This document shows, one piece after another, positions 47,355-57,474 of a DNA stretch of 64,000 bases. How positions within the stretch are numbered: position 1 is the first letter of the stretch; each line of letters opens with the position of its first letter. A program made the translations under genes and the position numbers. Location: positions 106,288-170,287 of the forward strand of contig CAZOZL010000005.1 in assembly GCA_964584305.1 (NCBI GenBank), given 5' to 3'. Source of the stretch: an uncultured Burkholderiales bacterium. GTDB taxonomy: Bacteria > Bacteroidota > Bacteroidia > UBA8524. A model generated the notes under the pieces. It was given only the letters and a program-made list of their open reading frames with translations, ran no database searches and was not told the DNA's origin.

Positions 47355-47873
47355 ATGTTTAAAATAAAAACGTTTAAAAAAATACTCCTCATTTTTATAG
47401 GTATAGTGCTTGTGGGAATGCTTTTGCCCTTTTCATGTATTATCCCTGTAAAAGGGGCTACAAGTAATGATTGGAACAAAAACTCGTATTGGTATTACCC
47501 TTGGGGCAAATCGATAACACATAAAGGCATTGATATTTTTGCACCGCACGGCACAACCGTGTTGGCTTCTCATAGCGGGTTAGTAATTTCAGCAGGCACT
47601 AATAAACTGGGTGGAAACTATATTTTGATATTAGGAGCTAAGTATAGACTAAGTTACTACGCCCATTTAAGCAATATCAATATAAAAAAATTTTCTTACG
47701 TGAAACAGGGCGCAGCTATTGGTAAAGTGGGCGATACAGGAAATGCGAAAGGCAAAGCCCCACATTTGCATTTTTCCATCGTTTCAATTATTCCTAAATT
47801 GGGCAATATTGATACCGCTAAACAAGGATGGAAAAAGATGTTTTACTTAAACCCCACACATTATTTTAAATAG
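47355..47873 (+). CDS. M23-family metallopeptidase
   Basis: Start moved to the ATG at 47355 (MFKIKTFKKILLIF..), which removes the apparent overlap with recA. HKGIDIFAPHGT..YAHL..GDTGNAKGKAPHLHF. Confidence 0.8.
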   Translation: MFKIKTFKKILLIFIGIVLVGMLLPFSCIIPVKGATSNDWNKNSYWYYPWGKSITHKGIDIFAPHGTTVLASHSGLVISAGTNKLGGNYILILGAKYRLSYYAHLSNINIKKFSYVKQGAAIGKVGDTGNAKGKAPHLHFSIVSIIPKLGNIDTAKQGWKKMFYLNPTHYFK

Positions 47874-47876
47874 GCA

Positions 47877-48752
47877 ATGTATTTAAAAGTGAAAAATAGC
47901 ACTGAAACAAATTTTAACATTTTGCGTTATTCAGTAATGGGTGTATTTTGGTTAATCGTATCTATTTTTTTTACTGCTTGTACCGAAACAATAAACACAG
48001 AAATACCTACGGGCAATTACAAGTTTGTAAAAGAAATACCTGCACCCGAAGGTTATGCAAGAGACACACTACCCAAAAATAGTTTTGCTTTTTACCTTGG
48101 CAATCTTCCATTAAAAAAAGATAAAACAGTACACCTGTATAATGGTAAATTAAAAACCAATCAAAATGCACAGTATGCCGTTATTAAATTAGATGTAGGC
48201 AAACGCGACTTACAACAATGTGCTGATGCTGTGATGCGGCTAAGGGCTGAATATCTATTTCAGCAAAAGCAATACAATAAAATCCATTTTAACTTTACCA
48301 GTGGCGAACGTGCCAACTATACTGAATATGCAGAAGGGTATAGAGCGATAGTTTTAAATAACCAAGTGCGCTGGGCAAAAACAGCTAAAAAAAATTATAG
48401 CTATAAAACCTTTAGAAAATACCTTATTTTAGTATTTGCCTACGCAGGTACGCAATCACTAAACAAAGAATTAAAAAAAATAAACATTGACGAAATACGT
48501 ACTGGAGATGTTTTTATACAAACAGGTTTTCCCTACGGACACGCTATTACGGTGGTAGATATGGCAATAAATAAAGAAACGGGGGTAAAAGCATTTATGT
48601 TAGCACAAAGTTTTATGCCTGCCCAAGAGATTCATATCCTAAAAAATCCAGCCAAAAATAACGACCCTTGGTTTTATTCTGATTTTAAAAGTAATTTGAT
48701 TACTCCAGAATGGACTTTTAAGTCTGTGGACTTAAAAAGGTTTCGCAATTAG
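47877..48752 (+). CDS. DUF4846-like protein (possible lipoprotein)
   Basis: 291 aa. An alternative start at 47937 gives MGVFWLIVSIFFTAC. The family name is from memory. Confidence 0.45.
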   Translation: MYLKVKNSTETNFNILRYSVMGVFWLIVSIFFTACTETINTEIPTGNYKFVKEIPAPEGYARDTLPKNSFAFYLGNLPLKKDKTVHLYNGKLKTNQNAQYAVIKLDVGKRDLQQCADAVMRLRAEYLFQQKQYNKIHFNFTSGERANYTEYAEGYRAIVLNNQVRWAKTAKKNYSYKTFRKYLILVFAYAGTQSLNKELKKINIDEIRTGDVFIQTGFPYGHAITVVDMAINKETGVKAFMLAQSFMPAQEIHILKNPAKNNDPWFYSDFKSNLITPEWTFKSVDLKRFRN

Positions 48753-48771
48753 AGTTATACTTTTGTGCCGA

Positions 48772-49488
48772 ATGCAGCTTTTTTATTCAACAAGTATTGA
48801 GGATACTACCATTACGCTAAACAATGATGAATTTCGCCATTGTATAAAGGTGTTGCGCCACAAAGTAGGAGACACGCTTAATATTACCAATGGAAAAGGA
48901 GATTTATATAGTGCTACTATAAATAGCATTGCAAAACACCATTGTACTGCACTAATAGAAAGTGTTACCCATTTTAAACCCGCAACACAACAGTTGCACA
49001 TAGCCATTGCCCCTACTAAAAATACCGACCGTACAGAATGGGCAATAGAAAAATTGGTAGAAATTGGAGTACATAAAATCTCACTAATTCACTGCGAACA
49101 CTCTGAACGAAAAACCCAGAAAACGGAGCGTTTAAAAAAGAGAACATTAGCGGCTATGAAACAATCGTTAAAGTACCATTTACCACAAATAGATGAATTG
49201 GTAACGTTTAACAATTTTATACAAAGTGTATCCGCAAAAAAACAAAATTTGTTTATAGGCTATTGCGAAAACGAGGAAACTACCTACTTGCCCAAACAAG
49301 CGTTTACCCAAAATGCTACTTTGGTACTAATAGGACCGGAAGGAGATTTTAGTCCGTACGAAATTGAGACAGCAAAACAAGTGGGTTTTAAGCCTATATC
49401 TTTAGGAAAAAGCAGATTACGTACAGAAACGGCTGCTATTGTAGCTGCTACGCTTATTAATAGTAAATTTGAAGTAGAAAATACATGA
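48772..49488 (+). CDS. rsmE: 16S rRNA (uracil1498-N3)-methyltransferase
   Basis: RHCIKVLRHKVGD (PUA-like N-terminus), the C-terminal LIGPEGDFSPYEI and LGKSRLRTETAAI SPOUT motifs. Confidence 0.8.
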   Translation: MQLFYSTSIEDTTITLNNDEFRHCIKVLRHKVGDTLNITNGKGDLYSATINSIAKHHCTALIESVTHFKPATQQLHIAIAPTKNTDRTEWAIEKLVEIGVHKISLIHCEHSERKTQKTERLKKRTLAAMKQSLKYHLPQIDELVTFNNFIQSVSAKKQNLFIGYCENEETTYLPKQAFTQNATLVLIGPEGDFSPYEIETAKQVGFKPISLGKSRLRTETAAIVAATLINSKFEVENT

Positions 49489-50147
49489 AATACACACGCA
49501 TACTAATACTTTCCATTGTTGTATTATTTGCAGCATCGTTTAAGCCTGCCCCGCCTGCGTTTAAAATTGCACGGTTAAAATACGGTGGTGGCGGAGACTG
49601 GTATGCTAATAAAACAGCATTGCCCAATCTTATTTTATTTTGTAATGAAAACTTGGGGATGAATATTGCTACTGAAGAAGCCGTAGCCGAACCCAGTAGT
49701 CCTGAAATATACAATTACCCTTTTATACACATGACAGGGCATGGCAACTTTTTTTTTACCAACCAAGAGGCCGAAAACCTACGCAACTACTTAGCAGGTG
49801 GTGGCTTTTTACATATTGATGATAATTTTGGATTAGACCCTTATGTGCGCCCACAAATGAAAAAAGTTTTTCCTGATTTAGATTTTGTAGAACTTCCCTT
49901 CTCGCACCCTATTTATAGTCAGAAGTATAAGTTTCCCAACGGGTTACCCAAAATACACGAACACGATAATAAGCCCCCGCAAGGTTTTGGACTATTGTAT
50001 GAAGGGCGTTTAGTGTGCTTTTATACTTATGAGTGCGATTTGGGCAATGGCTGGGAAGATGCAGGCGTACACAACGATAGTGAGGAAACCCGCACCAAAG
50101 CCCTGAAAATGGGAGCAAACATAGTACAGTACGTATTTACACAGTAG
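49485..50147 (+). CDS. DUF4159-family protein
   Basis: ARLKYGGGGDWYANKTALPNL signature. ATGA start/stop overlap with rsmE. Confidence 0.65.
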   Translation: MKYTRILILSIVVLFAASFKPAPPAFKIARLKYGGGGDWYANKTALPNLILFCNENLGMNIATEEAVAEPSSPEIYNYPFIHMTGHGNFFFTNQEAENLRNYLAGGGFLHIDDNFGLDPYVRPQMKKVFPDLDFVELPFSHPIYSQKYKFPNGLPKIHEHDNKPPQGFGLLYEGRLVCFYTYECDLGNGWEDAGVHNDSEETRTKALKMGANIVQYVFTQ

Positions 50148-50258
50148 GTTTATTGTACATAGAAAATAGTAGTAAACGTGCGTTCGATTATAATATATTA
50201 AACTTTTTATTTTATAACGTTATGCACCTTGTCATAGTAAAGTAGCAGTTTAAATAAA

Positions 50259-50747
50259 CTACTTTACTTTAGCTACCCAACCATCAATCATAAATTTTTT
50301 AACTTTTGAGGGGAAAAGCATCCTATTTAGTAAAGAAGCGACAGCACCAATTCCAAAAGATATGCCCAGCCTTTGCCCACCAGTAAATTGCGGGTTGTTG
50401 TTTATTATTGTAGGTATGGCTATAATAACACCTACCAAAGTAACTATTTGTATTGCAGGCTGTAGTATATTTCTATATCTGCTAAATTTTCTAAAACCAA
50501 TAATATCCTTCACCATTACATTCCAGTTGTTCTCAAACCTTATAAATGAATCGGTAATAAGCTCTACCGTACCATATACTTCCTGTATTTGTCCCAAATA
50601 CCCTTGATACAATAGTTTTACAACATCTTGCTGCTTAATGGTTACTTCTTTTTTAGAAACAGCATTTGTAAATACCATTTTTTGCTGCGCCTTACTAAAA
50701 AGTACTGCCGATGTTATAAAAATTATAAGAGTAATATACCTTTGCAT
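50259..50747 (-). CDS. Hypothetical membrane-anchored protein
   Basis: Start moved to the ATG at 50747 (MQRYITLIIFITSAVLFSKAQ). There is one internal TM segment, VTLVGVIIAIPTII. Confidence 0.4.
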   Translation of the reverse strand: MQRYITLIIFITSAVLFSKAQQKMVFTNAVSKKEVTIKQQDVVKLLYQGYLGQIQEVYGTVELITDSFIRFENNWNVMVKDIIGFRKFSRYRNILQPAIQIVTLVGVIIAIPTIINNNPQFTGGQRLGISFGIGAVASLLNRMLFPSKVKKFMIDGWVAKVK

Positions 50748-50824
50748 AAATTGCTTTGAATAAAAAGTGTAGTGCAAAAAAACACATTTTGCATCTTATA
50801 TTCTGTAAAAGTGATAATTTTAGT

Positions 50825-51283
50825 ATGAGCTTAAAAGAAAATATAAAACAAAAGGAGTTTAAAAGTGAGCAAATTAAGCTGGCACTAAATATAATGTACA
50901 CGGGCAATAAGTTGCACTTGCTACAAGCACGCAAACTTAAAAAATGGGGACTTAGCCACCAACAATATAATGTATTGCGCATATTGCGCGGACAGTACCC
51001 TTGCGTAGCATCAGTAGGTACTATACTGGGCAGAATGGTAGATCCAGCATCAAATATTACTCGGTTGGTTGATAAATTAGAGGTTAAGAAAATGGTAAGC
51101 CGTTGCGAAAATTCAGACAATAGAAGGATGCGGGATTTGAAAATTACCGACGAAGGTTTAAAACTGTTAGAAGAAATAGGAGAGGAGATGGACGATTTGA
51201 GTAAACTTTTTGAGCATTTAAGTAGTGATGAACTGAAAACAGCCAATAAGGTATTGGATAGCCTTTGTAGTAAAGAAGTATAG
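50825..51283 (+). CDS. MarR-family transcriptional regulator
   Basis: Start moved to the ATG at 50825. The winged-helix pattern is LSHQQYNVLRILRG..ITRLVDKLEVKKMVSR..DRRMRDLKITDEG. Confidence 0.75.
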   Translation: MSLKENIKQKEFKSEQIKLALNIMYTGNKLHLLQARKLKKWGLSHQQYNVLRILRGQYPCVASVGTILGRMVDPASNITRLVDKLEVKKMVSRCENSDNRRMRDLKITDEGLKLLEEIGEEMDDLSKLFEHLSSDELKTANKVLDSLCSKEV

Positions 51284-51348
51284 CATTACTGAGTAATGTC
51301 ATATTTCTGCCTAAAACACTTTGTATATTTGTAATTTGAATTAGAGCA

Positions 51349-52284
51349 ATGAAAACAAAACCATTTCAAATTTTATTATACTACTGCTACTCTAAAGTAA
51401 ACGATGCTGAAGAGTATGCAGAAACACATCTTAAATTTTGTAAAAAAATTGGCATATTAGGGCGTATCATTATTGCTGATGAAGGGCTTAACGGTACTGT
51501 TTGTGGCACGCCAGAGCAATGCCAGCAATATATAGAGTATGTACATAGCGATAAACGATTTGCACATACAGAGTTTAAAGCCGACGATAGCCAAGAGCAG
51601 GTTTTTTATAAAATACACGTTCGCTACAAGCCTGAAATTGTACACTTGAGTGCCGATAGAAAAATAGGGAAAGATATAGACCCAAACATAAAAACAGGAA
51701 AGCATATAAACGGCGAAGAGTTTTTAAACCTAAAAGACCAAGCTAATGTAGTAGTATTGGATGTGCGTAGTAACTACGAGCATAATGTAGGGCGATTTAA
51801 AAATGCAATTACCTTGGATATAGAAAATTTTAGGGATTTTCCTGATAAGATAGGCGAATTGGAAAACCTTAAATATAAAAAGGTAATAACCTACTGTACA
51901 GGGGGTATAAAGTGTGAAAAAGCAAGCGCATTACTATTAGAAGCTGGTTTTAAAGATGTATATCAACTACACGGCGGCATACTAAAATATGCCAAAGAAA
52001 CAGGCGGAAAAGATTTTGAAGGAGAATGTTATGTTTTTGATGGTAGAGTAACTGTACCCGTAAACTCGGTAAACCCAAAAGTTATTTCTACCTGTTATAT
52101 ATGTGAAACACCATCAAGCCGAATGGTAAATTGTGCTAACCCCGAGTGTAACGTTCATGTGGCTATTTGTGAAAACTGTGGCGAAGAAATGGCGGGGGCT
52201 TGTAGTACCGAGTGTGGAGAGCATCCTCGCAAACGAGAATATAATGGCACAGGCTATTATGTGAGCATTCACCCCACATTATAA
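51349..52284 (+). CDS. trhO: Rhodanese-domain tRNA uridine(34) hydroxylase (UPF0176/YceA family)
   Basis: GRIIIADEGLNGT.., the rhodanese active site YCTGGIKCEKAS, and a C-terminal Cys cluster. Confidence 0.8.
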   Translation: MKTKPFQILLYYCYSKVNDAEEYAETHLKFCKKIGILGRIIIADEGLNGTVCGTPEQCQQYIEYVHSDKRFAHTEFKADDSQEQVFYKIHVRYKPEIVHLSADRKIGKDIDPNIKTGKHINGEEFLNLKDQANVVVLDVRSNYEHNVGRFKNAITLDIENFRDFPDKIGELENLKYKKVITYCTGGIKCEKASALLLEAGFKDVYQLHGGILKYAKETGGKDFEGECYVFDGRVTVPVNSVNPKVISTCYICETPSSRMVNCANPECNVHVAICENCGEEMAGACSTECGEHPRKREYNGTGYYVSIHPTL

Positions 52285-52334
52285 TGTTTTTGTTTACTTT
52301 ACATTAATAAACCGTATATAGAAAAAATACAAAT

Positions 52335-53126
52335 ATGAAAAAACCTACCCTTATTGTTTTATGCATCAGTTTAGTAATGCTTGCTTTTACTGCCTGCAAA
52401 AACCAAAAACTGCTTGAGAAAACGACTATTACACTTGAGCTTAAGCATCAAATTAAAGATGGAACAAACGGGATGGCAGTTACCTATAATGCCAACAAGA
52501 AAATATATTATGCTGCCCTTGGTGGAAGTGCAAACTTCCCCATAGAGGTTTTTGACAAGACGGGAAAACGTATTTCTGGAAATGAAGCAGGTGCTGATGT
52601 TAGAGGAATGTGGTGGAATACTTCAACCAAACAATTAGAATGTAATACCTACGGAAGGAGTTCAACATCTTTTATAGCATTTAACTTAGATGAGAATAAT
52701 GGAATAGAGGGAACAACCAATAAAATAACAAAGAGAGATATACAACCCAGTTTACATTCGGTGGGTGCGTATGATTTTAATAACAAATTGATACTGTTTT
52801 ATAATAACGGGAAATTGTATAAAGTTAATAGAAGTAATTTTGAAAAAATAGGTTCTACCAAGTTAAAATTACCCGTAGATAGAGATTATATTAATTCAAC
52901 TACAATAATTTATACTGGTTTTCCTAAGAAAGATGTCGGTGTTTTAGATTATGAAAACAAAAAGGTGTATTTATTTAATAGCAATACAGGAGAACATACA
53001 CATACAGTAACCTTACCGCAAAATGCGGTTACAAAAAGTATGTTTTGGTTTTCTTATGCCAATGGCTATGTGTGGTTATATGACAAACGCTCACGAAGTT
53101 GGACGGGCTATAAGATTATAAAATAA
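52335..53126 (+). CDS. Hypothetical lipoprotein
   Basis: Lipobox MLAFTAC, 263 aa, beta-rich. No recognisable motif. Confidence 0.45.
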   Translation: MKKPTLIVLCISLVMLAFTACKNQKLLEKTTITLELKHQIKDGTNGMAVTYNANKKIYYAALGGSANFPIEVFDKTGKRISGNEAGADVRGMWWNTSTKQLECNTYGRSSTSFIAFNLDENNGIEGTTNKITKRDIQPSLHSVGAYDFNNKLILFYNNGKLYKVNRSNFEKIGSTKLKLPVDRDYINSTTIIYTGFPKKDVGVLDYENKKVYLFNSNTGEHTHTVTLPQNAVTKSMFWFSYANGYVWLYDKRSRSWTGYKIIK

Positions 53127-53228
53127 AGAAAATATTAATTAATTTTTAACCTTATACCAAGGTATAAATTTTTTTAGTTACAACTTTTCGTAACTTTCGT
53201 TGTCAAAACAAGTAAAAACCAGTAGTAA

Positions 53229-54521
53229 ATGAAAAAAGTACTATTATTATCACTGACATTTTTTGCCTTTTTGTTTGCGAAAAGCCAAAACTATTATTTC
53301 CCTTCAAAAATTGGTAGTCAGTGGGATACTGTTTCGCTAAAATCATTAGGTTGGTGTACAAACCAGTTGGATACAGTATATAAATATCTTGAAGAAAAGA
53401 ATAGCAAAGGCTTTATAATACTAAAAGGAGGTAAAATAGCCGTTGAGAAATATTTTGATGGTTTTACTAAAGATTCTGTTTGGTATTGGGCATCGGCAGG
53501 CAAATCACTAACAGCAGTATTAGTAGGTATTGCACAGCAAGAAGGCAAACTAAGTATTAATGACACTGCAAGCAAACACTTGGGCAAAGGATGGACGGTT
53601 ACTACCAGTGCGCAAGAAGCTAAAATTAGTATTAAAAACCTACTTACCATGACCAGCGGTTTAAGCAATACAGTACTGCCCAACCCAAATTGCACCGCCC
53701 CTAATTGTTTTAAATATAAAGCTGATGCTGGCACACGATGGGCGTACCATAGTGGGGCATATTATATGCTACATACTGCAATAGAAAATACTACGGGACA
53801 GTCAATAAACCAATATACTAACCAAAAATTAAGAAATACGACAGGCATGAAAGGTGTATGGGCGGGTACATTATTTTTGAGTAGGGCAAGGGATATGGCA
53901 CGTTTTGGGTCTTTGGTAATAAACAAAGGCATATGGGACAAAACTAAAATACTTAATGATACTAACTATTTTAATGCAATGGTAAATACTTCACAAAGCA
54001 TTAATCCAGCGTATGGGTATTTGTGGTGGCTAAATGGTAAGGCTTCATACAAAGGACCTTTGTTGCAAACAAGTTTTAATGGTTCTTTAATACCCAATGC
54101 ACCAGCAGATATGTTTGCAGGACTTGGTAAAAACGATCAAAAAATTTATATCATACCTTCTATGGATATGGTAATTGTGAGGGTAGGTAATGCAAGCGGG
54201 CAACCTACTTTAGCCGCATCATCTTTTGATAGTGAGTTATGGGGCTTGCTAAAAGGGGTATTTTGCGCAACTACTTCTGTGAATGAGGTAGAAAATTATA
54301 GAAGTGTAAAAATTTATCCCAACCCTGTGGCTAATATACTTACCGTTGAAACTGATGGTGAAACAGTACTTGAAATATTTTCTATGGATGGAAAAAGCAT
54401 AGTAAAAATACAAGCAAGCCTATTGGAAACAATAGATGTGAGTAATTTTAACAAAGGAATATATACTATACGCTTAACCAGCAAACACGGGGTAAGCACC
54501 GCAAAGTTTGTTAAGAAATAA
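53229..54521 (+). CDS. Beta-lactamase-family serine hydrolase with T9SS type-A CTD
   Basis: WASAGKSLTAVL carries the SxxK motif. The CTD is VKIYPNPVANILTVE..GIYTIRLTSKHG. Confidence 0.75.
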   Translation: MKKVLLLSLTFFAFLFAKSQNYYFPSKIGSQWDTVSLKSLGWCTNQLDTVYKYLEEKNSKGFIILKGGKIAVEKYFDGFTKDSVWYWASAGKSLTAVLVGIAQQEGKLSINDTASKHLGKGWTVTTSAQEAKISIKNLLTMTSGLSNTVLPNPNCTAPNCFKYKADAGTRWAYHSGAYYMLHTAIENTTGQSINQYTNQKLRNTTGMKGVWAGTLFLSRARDMARFGSLVINKGIWDKTKILNDTNYFNAMVNTSQSINPAYGYLWWLNGKASYKGPLLQTSFNGSLIPNAPADMFAGLGKNDQKIYIIPSMDMVIVRVGNASGQPTLAASSFDSELWGLLKGVFCATTSVNEVENYRSVKIYPNPVANILTVETDGETVLEIFSMDGKSIVKIQASLLETIDVSNFNKGIYTIRLTSKHGVSTAKFVKK

Positions 54522-54569
54522 AGAAAAATTGACCCTTAACTGATAAAAATCAGGAAAATAATTTTTTAT

Positions 54570-54584
54570 TTATAATGATTCTAA
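54570..54584. promoter_or_regulatory. Fur/PerR-family-type 7-1-7 inverted repeat
   Basis: TTATAATGATTCTAA lies about 53 nt upstream of the ATG at 54630. It sits immediately upstream of a TAnnTTCG -7-like element at 54587-54594. Confidence 0.45.
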
Positions 54585-54629
54585 ACTATTTTCGCGCGCT
54601 CCAAATCCAATAATGCGCCTGAAAATCAG

Positions 54630-55865
54630 ATGAGTTTACCCCGTAAATATTTTGTATTAGCCAGTTTGTATATAGTACAGTCAGTACCTTTGGCTTTTCT
54701 AAAAACGGGTTTTCAAACTTTTCTTCGCGATCAAAATATTTCTTATGAGCATATTAGCGGTTTATTAGGCTTGATGCTTATGCCGTGGGTATTCAAGTTT
54801 TTGTGGGCTCCAGCGGTAGATAGATGGTGTGCCAATAAGCTGCCTAAAATGCGGCGGTTTATACTCATTTTTCAAGTAGTAGGGGCTTTGTTATTAGGTG
54901 TTACAGCTATAATGCAGTTTCCCAGTTCGCTACACGCTATAACAATGGTATTTTTTCTTTTTAGCTTGGTAGCTGCTACGCAAGATATAGTGGTAGATTC
55001 ATTAGCAATACTCACCCTACCAAAGGAAGAACACGGTTTAGGCAATATATTTCAAATTGGAGGTTACTACTTAGGCGAAATATTAGGCGGGGCTTTAATA
55101 CTTATTATTTTCGACCAGTTTGGCTGGAATTGGGCAATGGCATCCTTTGTAATCTTTTTTCTTATTCCCTTCATTCCAGTATTGTTTTATAAAGCCGAAG
55201 TAAAAACCGTTATCCCGCCGCCCTCAAAAAAGGGCTTTGGCAATCTAAAAAACTTCTTTTCAATAAAAGGAATAAATATTTGGCTACTGGTAATGATAGT
55301 GTACATGGGCAATCAAATATTGTCTCGCACTTTGTTGCCCTCTTTGTTTACTGATATGGGCTATACTAAAACTCAAATTGCATCTATAATAGGGGTTTGG
55401 GGTAGTAGTGCATCAGTATTAGGTGCAATATTAGGGGGTATTTTGGTAAATAAATGGGGGAGAAAAAATAGCTTAGTTATTTTTGGTGCTTTAAAAGTAA
55501 TTTCACTGTTGGGGTTCTTTTTACTTCAAAGCGATACATCAAACACAACCGTGTATTCCGTTATTATGATAAACGATTTTGTATCAGGTGCGGCTATGGT
55601 TACTGTATTCACTATTATGATGGATAAGTGCCGCCTCACAAGCCCCGGTACAGATTTTACCATTCAGCAATCCATTAATCAGTTTGCAATACTATTTTTT
55701 GTAATTATCAGTGGTATTGTAGTGAAGTTTCAAAAAGATGATTTTACCCTCCTATTTATAATAGCCTTAATTGTAGGAGTAATTGGGGTTGCTTTGGCTG
55801 CCTTTGGGCTAAAAAAAGAAAACCTTGATAATAGCAATGGATTTCTTTCACAAACAGAGAAATAG
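54630..55865 (+). CDS. MFS transporter (AmpG-like family)
   Basis: About 12 TM segments. PWVFKFLWAPAVDRW is an AmpG-type loop motif. Confidence 0.6.
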   Translation: MSLPRKYFVLASLYIVQSVPLAFLKTGFQTFLRDQNISYEHISGLLGLMLMPWVFKFLWAPAVDRWCANKLPKMRRFILIFQVVGALLLGVTAIMQFPSSLHAITMVFFLFSLVAATQDIVVDSLAILTLPKEEHGLGNIFQIGGYYLGEILGGALILIIFDQFGWNWAMASFVIFFLIPFIPVLFYKAEVKTVIPPPSKKGFGNLKNFFSIKGINIWLLVMIVYMGNQILSRTLLPSLFTDMGYTKTQIASIIGVWGSSASVLGAILGGILVNKWGRKNSLVIFGALKVISLLGFFLLQSDTSNTTVYSVIMINDFVSGAAMVTVFTIMMDKCRLTSPGTDFTIQQSINQFAILFFVIISGIVVKFQKDDFTLLFIIALIVGVIGVALAAFGLKKENLDNSNGFLSQTEK

Positions 55866-56090
55866 TTTGCCATAAACAGGTCATATCTACTTCCTCAACA
55901 AACAAACTTTCATATTTCCTCGTATATAATGGCGATGTTATTTTATAATATTTGTCATACTTTTAAACCTCAATGCTGGTAGGGATTGCAAAGGATTTAA
56001 GGCAGTGTCATATTAACGTCATTTTAGTTTGTAAAGGTTCTAAATAATGACATTTCAACCTATTTTTGAGGCATAGTTTTAAATTAAATA

Positions 56091-57383
56091 ATGAAGTATA
56101 TAAAATCACTACTAATTCTTACTTTCCTTTTACCCCTAATAAACCTGTCAGCACAACAGGTAGATTCAGTTGAAATGGGCGCAGGTTATAGCAACGATGT
56201 TTTCTACAGTTTAGAAAACGGTGAAATAAAAAAATCGCCTAACAATACTTGGGATTTAGGTTTCCGTACTGGCTTCCGTTCAGATGGTATTTTTGTCAAC
56301 TCAATAAGTTCTTCTATTGCTCCACGCAGCACAAAACTGTATTTATACCCAAAAGGAGATAAAACAGCGTGGAATACATTTGACACCTCTAGCATGGGGA
56401 ACTGGTTAGAATATACCAACTCAGACTCATCATGGGAGTTTGGTGCTTTCAATCGTGCAAAACAGGCTTTTCCTGATTTTTCATGGGGAGTGTATAATCC
56501 ATTAACAAAAATTGTTGAAGGTGATTCTTTATACTTACTTGAAATAACTCAAGGCAACACAAAAACCTATAAAAAAATACATATAATAGATAAAAATTTT
56601 GGTGTTTGGCATTTTAGATATGCTGATATTGATGGCTCTAATGAAGTATTAGACTCTATTGTAGGGAGTAATGCAAAAGCTAAAGTATTGGATTACTATT
56701 CTATTTTAAGCAGTGCTAAACTCGATCGTGAGCCTGATAGTACAAAATACTGGGATATTGTTTTTAAACGCTACTACGAATTTCTTGCACCTACTTTTGA
56801 TATTCGCTACCCTGTTTCAGGGGTTTGGGCAAACAAAGGCGTGTTTGTAGCACAGGTAAATGGAGTAATACCTTCAAATTTTGATTATAAAACATTAGCA
56901 TCCGCTGATTATAGAGAAGAAGCAAATATTATTGGTTCTGATTGGAAGTTTTTTGATATGACTGTATTTCAATGGAAACTTAAAGATTCATTGGCATACT
57001 ATATTAAAGCTAAAAACGGTGCTATTTGGAGAGTTATTTTCACTGATTTTGGTGGACAGGCAAATGGTAAATCTGTTTTTAATAAAACAAAACTTGCTCC
57101 AGCACTTAGTGTGAATAAAACTTCGCCTTTGGTTTCGTTTGGCATTTATCCAAACCCAGCCGCCAATACTTTAGAGGTTGTTTTTGAAAATAGAAATAGC
57201 ACTATTAGCAATACATTACGTATTCACAATATGGCGGGGCAATTGGTAGTACAACAAAATTTAGAGGCTACTACTGGTCTCCATGCAAATGCCATTGATG
57301 TATCAGCCCTTAAAACAGGGATATACATTGTGAGCATTGAAAACAATGGACACATTTTAACGCAAAAATTGATTAAAGAATAA
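56091..57383 (+). CDS. HmuY-like protein with T9SS type-A CTD
   Basis: Signal peptide present. GAGYSNDVFYSLENG..NNTWDLGFRT. The CTD is FGIYPNPAANTLEV..GIYIVSIENNGH. Confidence 0.5.
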   Translation: MKYIKSLLILTFLLPLINLSAQQVDSVEMGAGYSNDVFYSLENGEIKKSPNNTWDLGFRTGFRSDGIFVNSISSSIAPRSTKLYLYPKGDKTAWNTFDTSSMGNWLEYTNSDSSWEFGAFNRAKQAFPDFSWGVYNPLTKIVEGDSLYLLEITQGNTKTYKKIHIIDKNFGVWHFRYADIDGSNEVLDSIVGSNAKAKVLDYYSILSSAKLDREPDSTKYWDIVFKRYYEFLAPTFDIRYPVSGVWANKGVFVAQVNGVIPSNFDYKTLASADYREEANIIGSDWKFFDMTVFQWKLKDSLAYYIKAKNGAIWRVIFTDFGGQANGKSVFNKTKLAPALSVNKTSPLVSFGIYPNPAANTLEVVFENRNSTISNTLRIHNMAGQLVVQQNLEATTGLHANAIDVSALKTGIYIVSIENNGHILTQKLIKE

Positions 57384-57474
57384 CTTACTAAATAGTAATA
57401 CCCTGCAAACAATTAACAACATAGCAACTCCTAATTACTTAGAAAGAAAAAAAATTTTCTTTGGTGGCGGTGCT

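Noticed and set aside
50236-50268. 10-bp-stem hairpin AGTAAAGTAG..CTACTTTACT between convergent genes as a bidirectional terminator
   Set aside because: No T-run follows on either strand, and the right arm overlaps the stop codon of 50259..50747. It may still slow transcription, but it is not callable as a terminator.
56038-56055. Third Fur-like site (TTCTAAATAATGACATTT) about 35 nt upstream of 56091
   Set aside because: Only one arm (TTCTAAA) matches the two good boxes, and the inverted symmetry is poor. It is kept only as a weak candidate for PWM scanning.
55866-56090. Riboswitch or leader RNA upstream of the HmuY-like/TonB receptor cluster
   Set aside because: I saw no B12-box-like or other recognisable riboswitch core and no strong conserved-looking stem. 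The region is AT-rich spacer. This cannot be excluded without cmscan.
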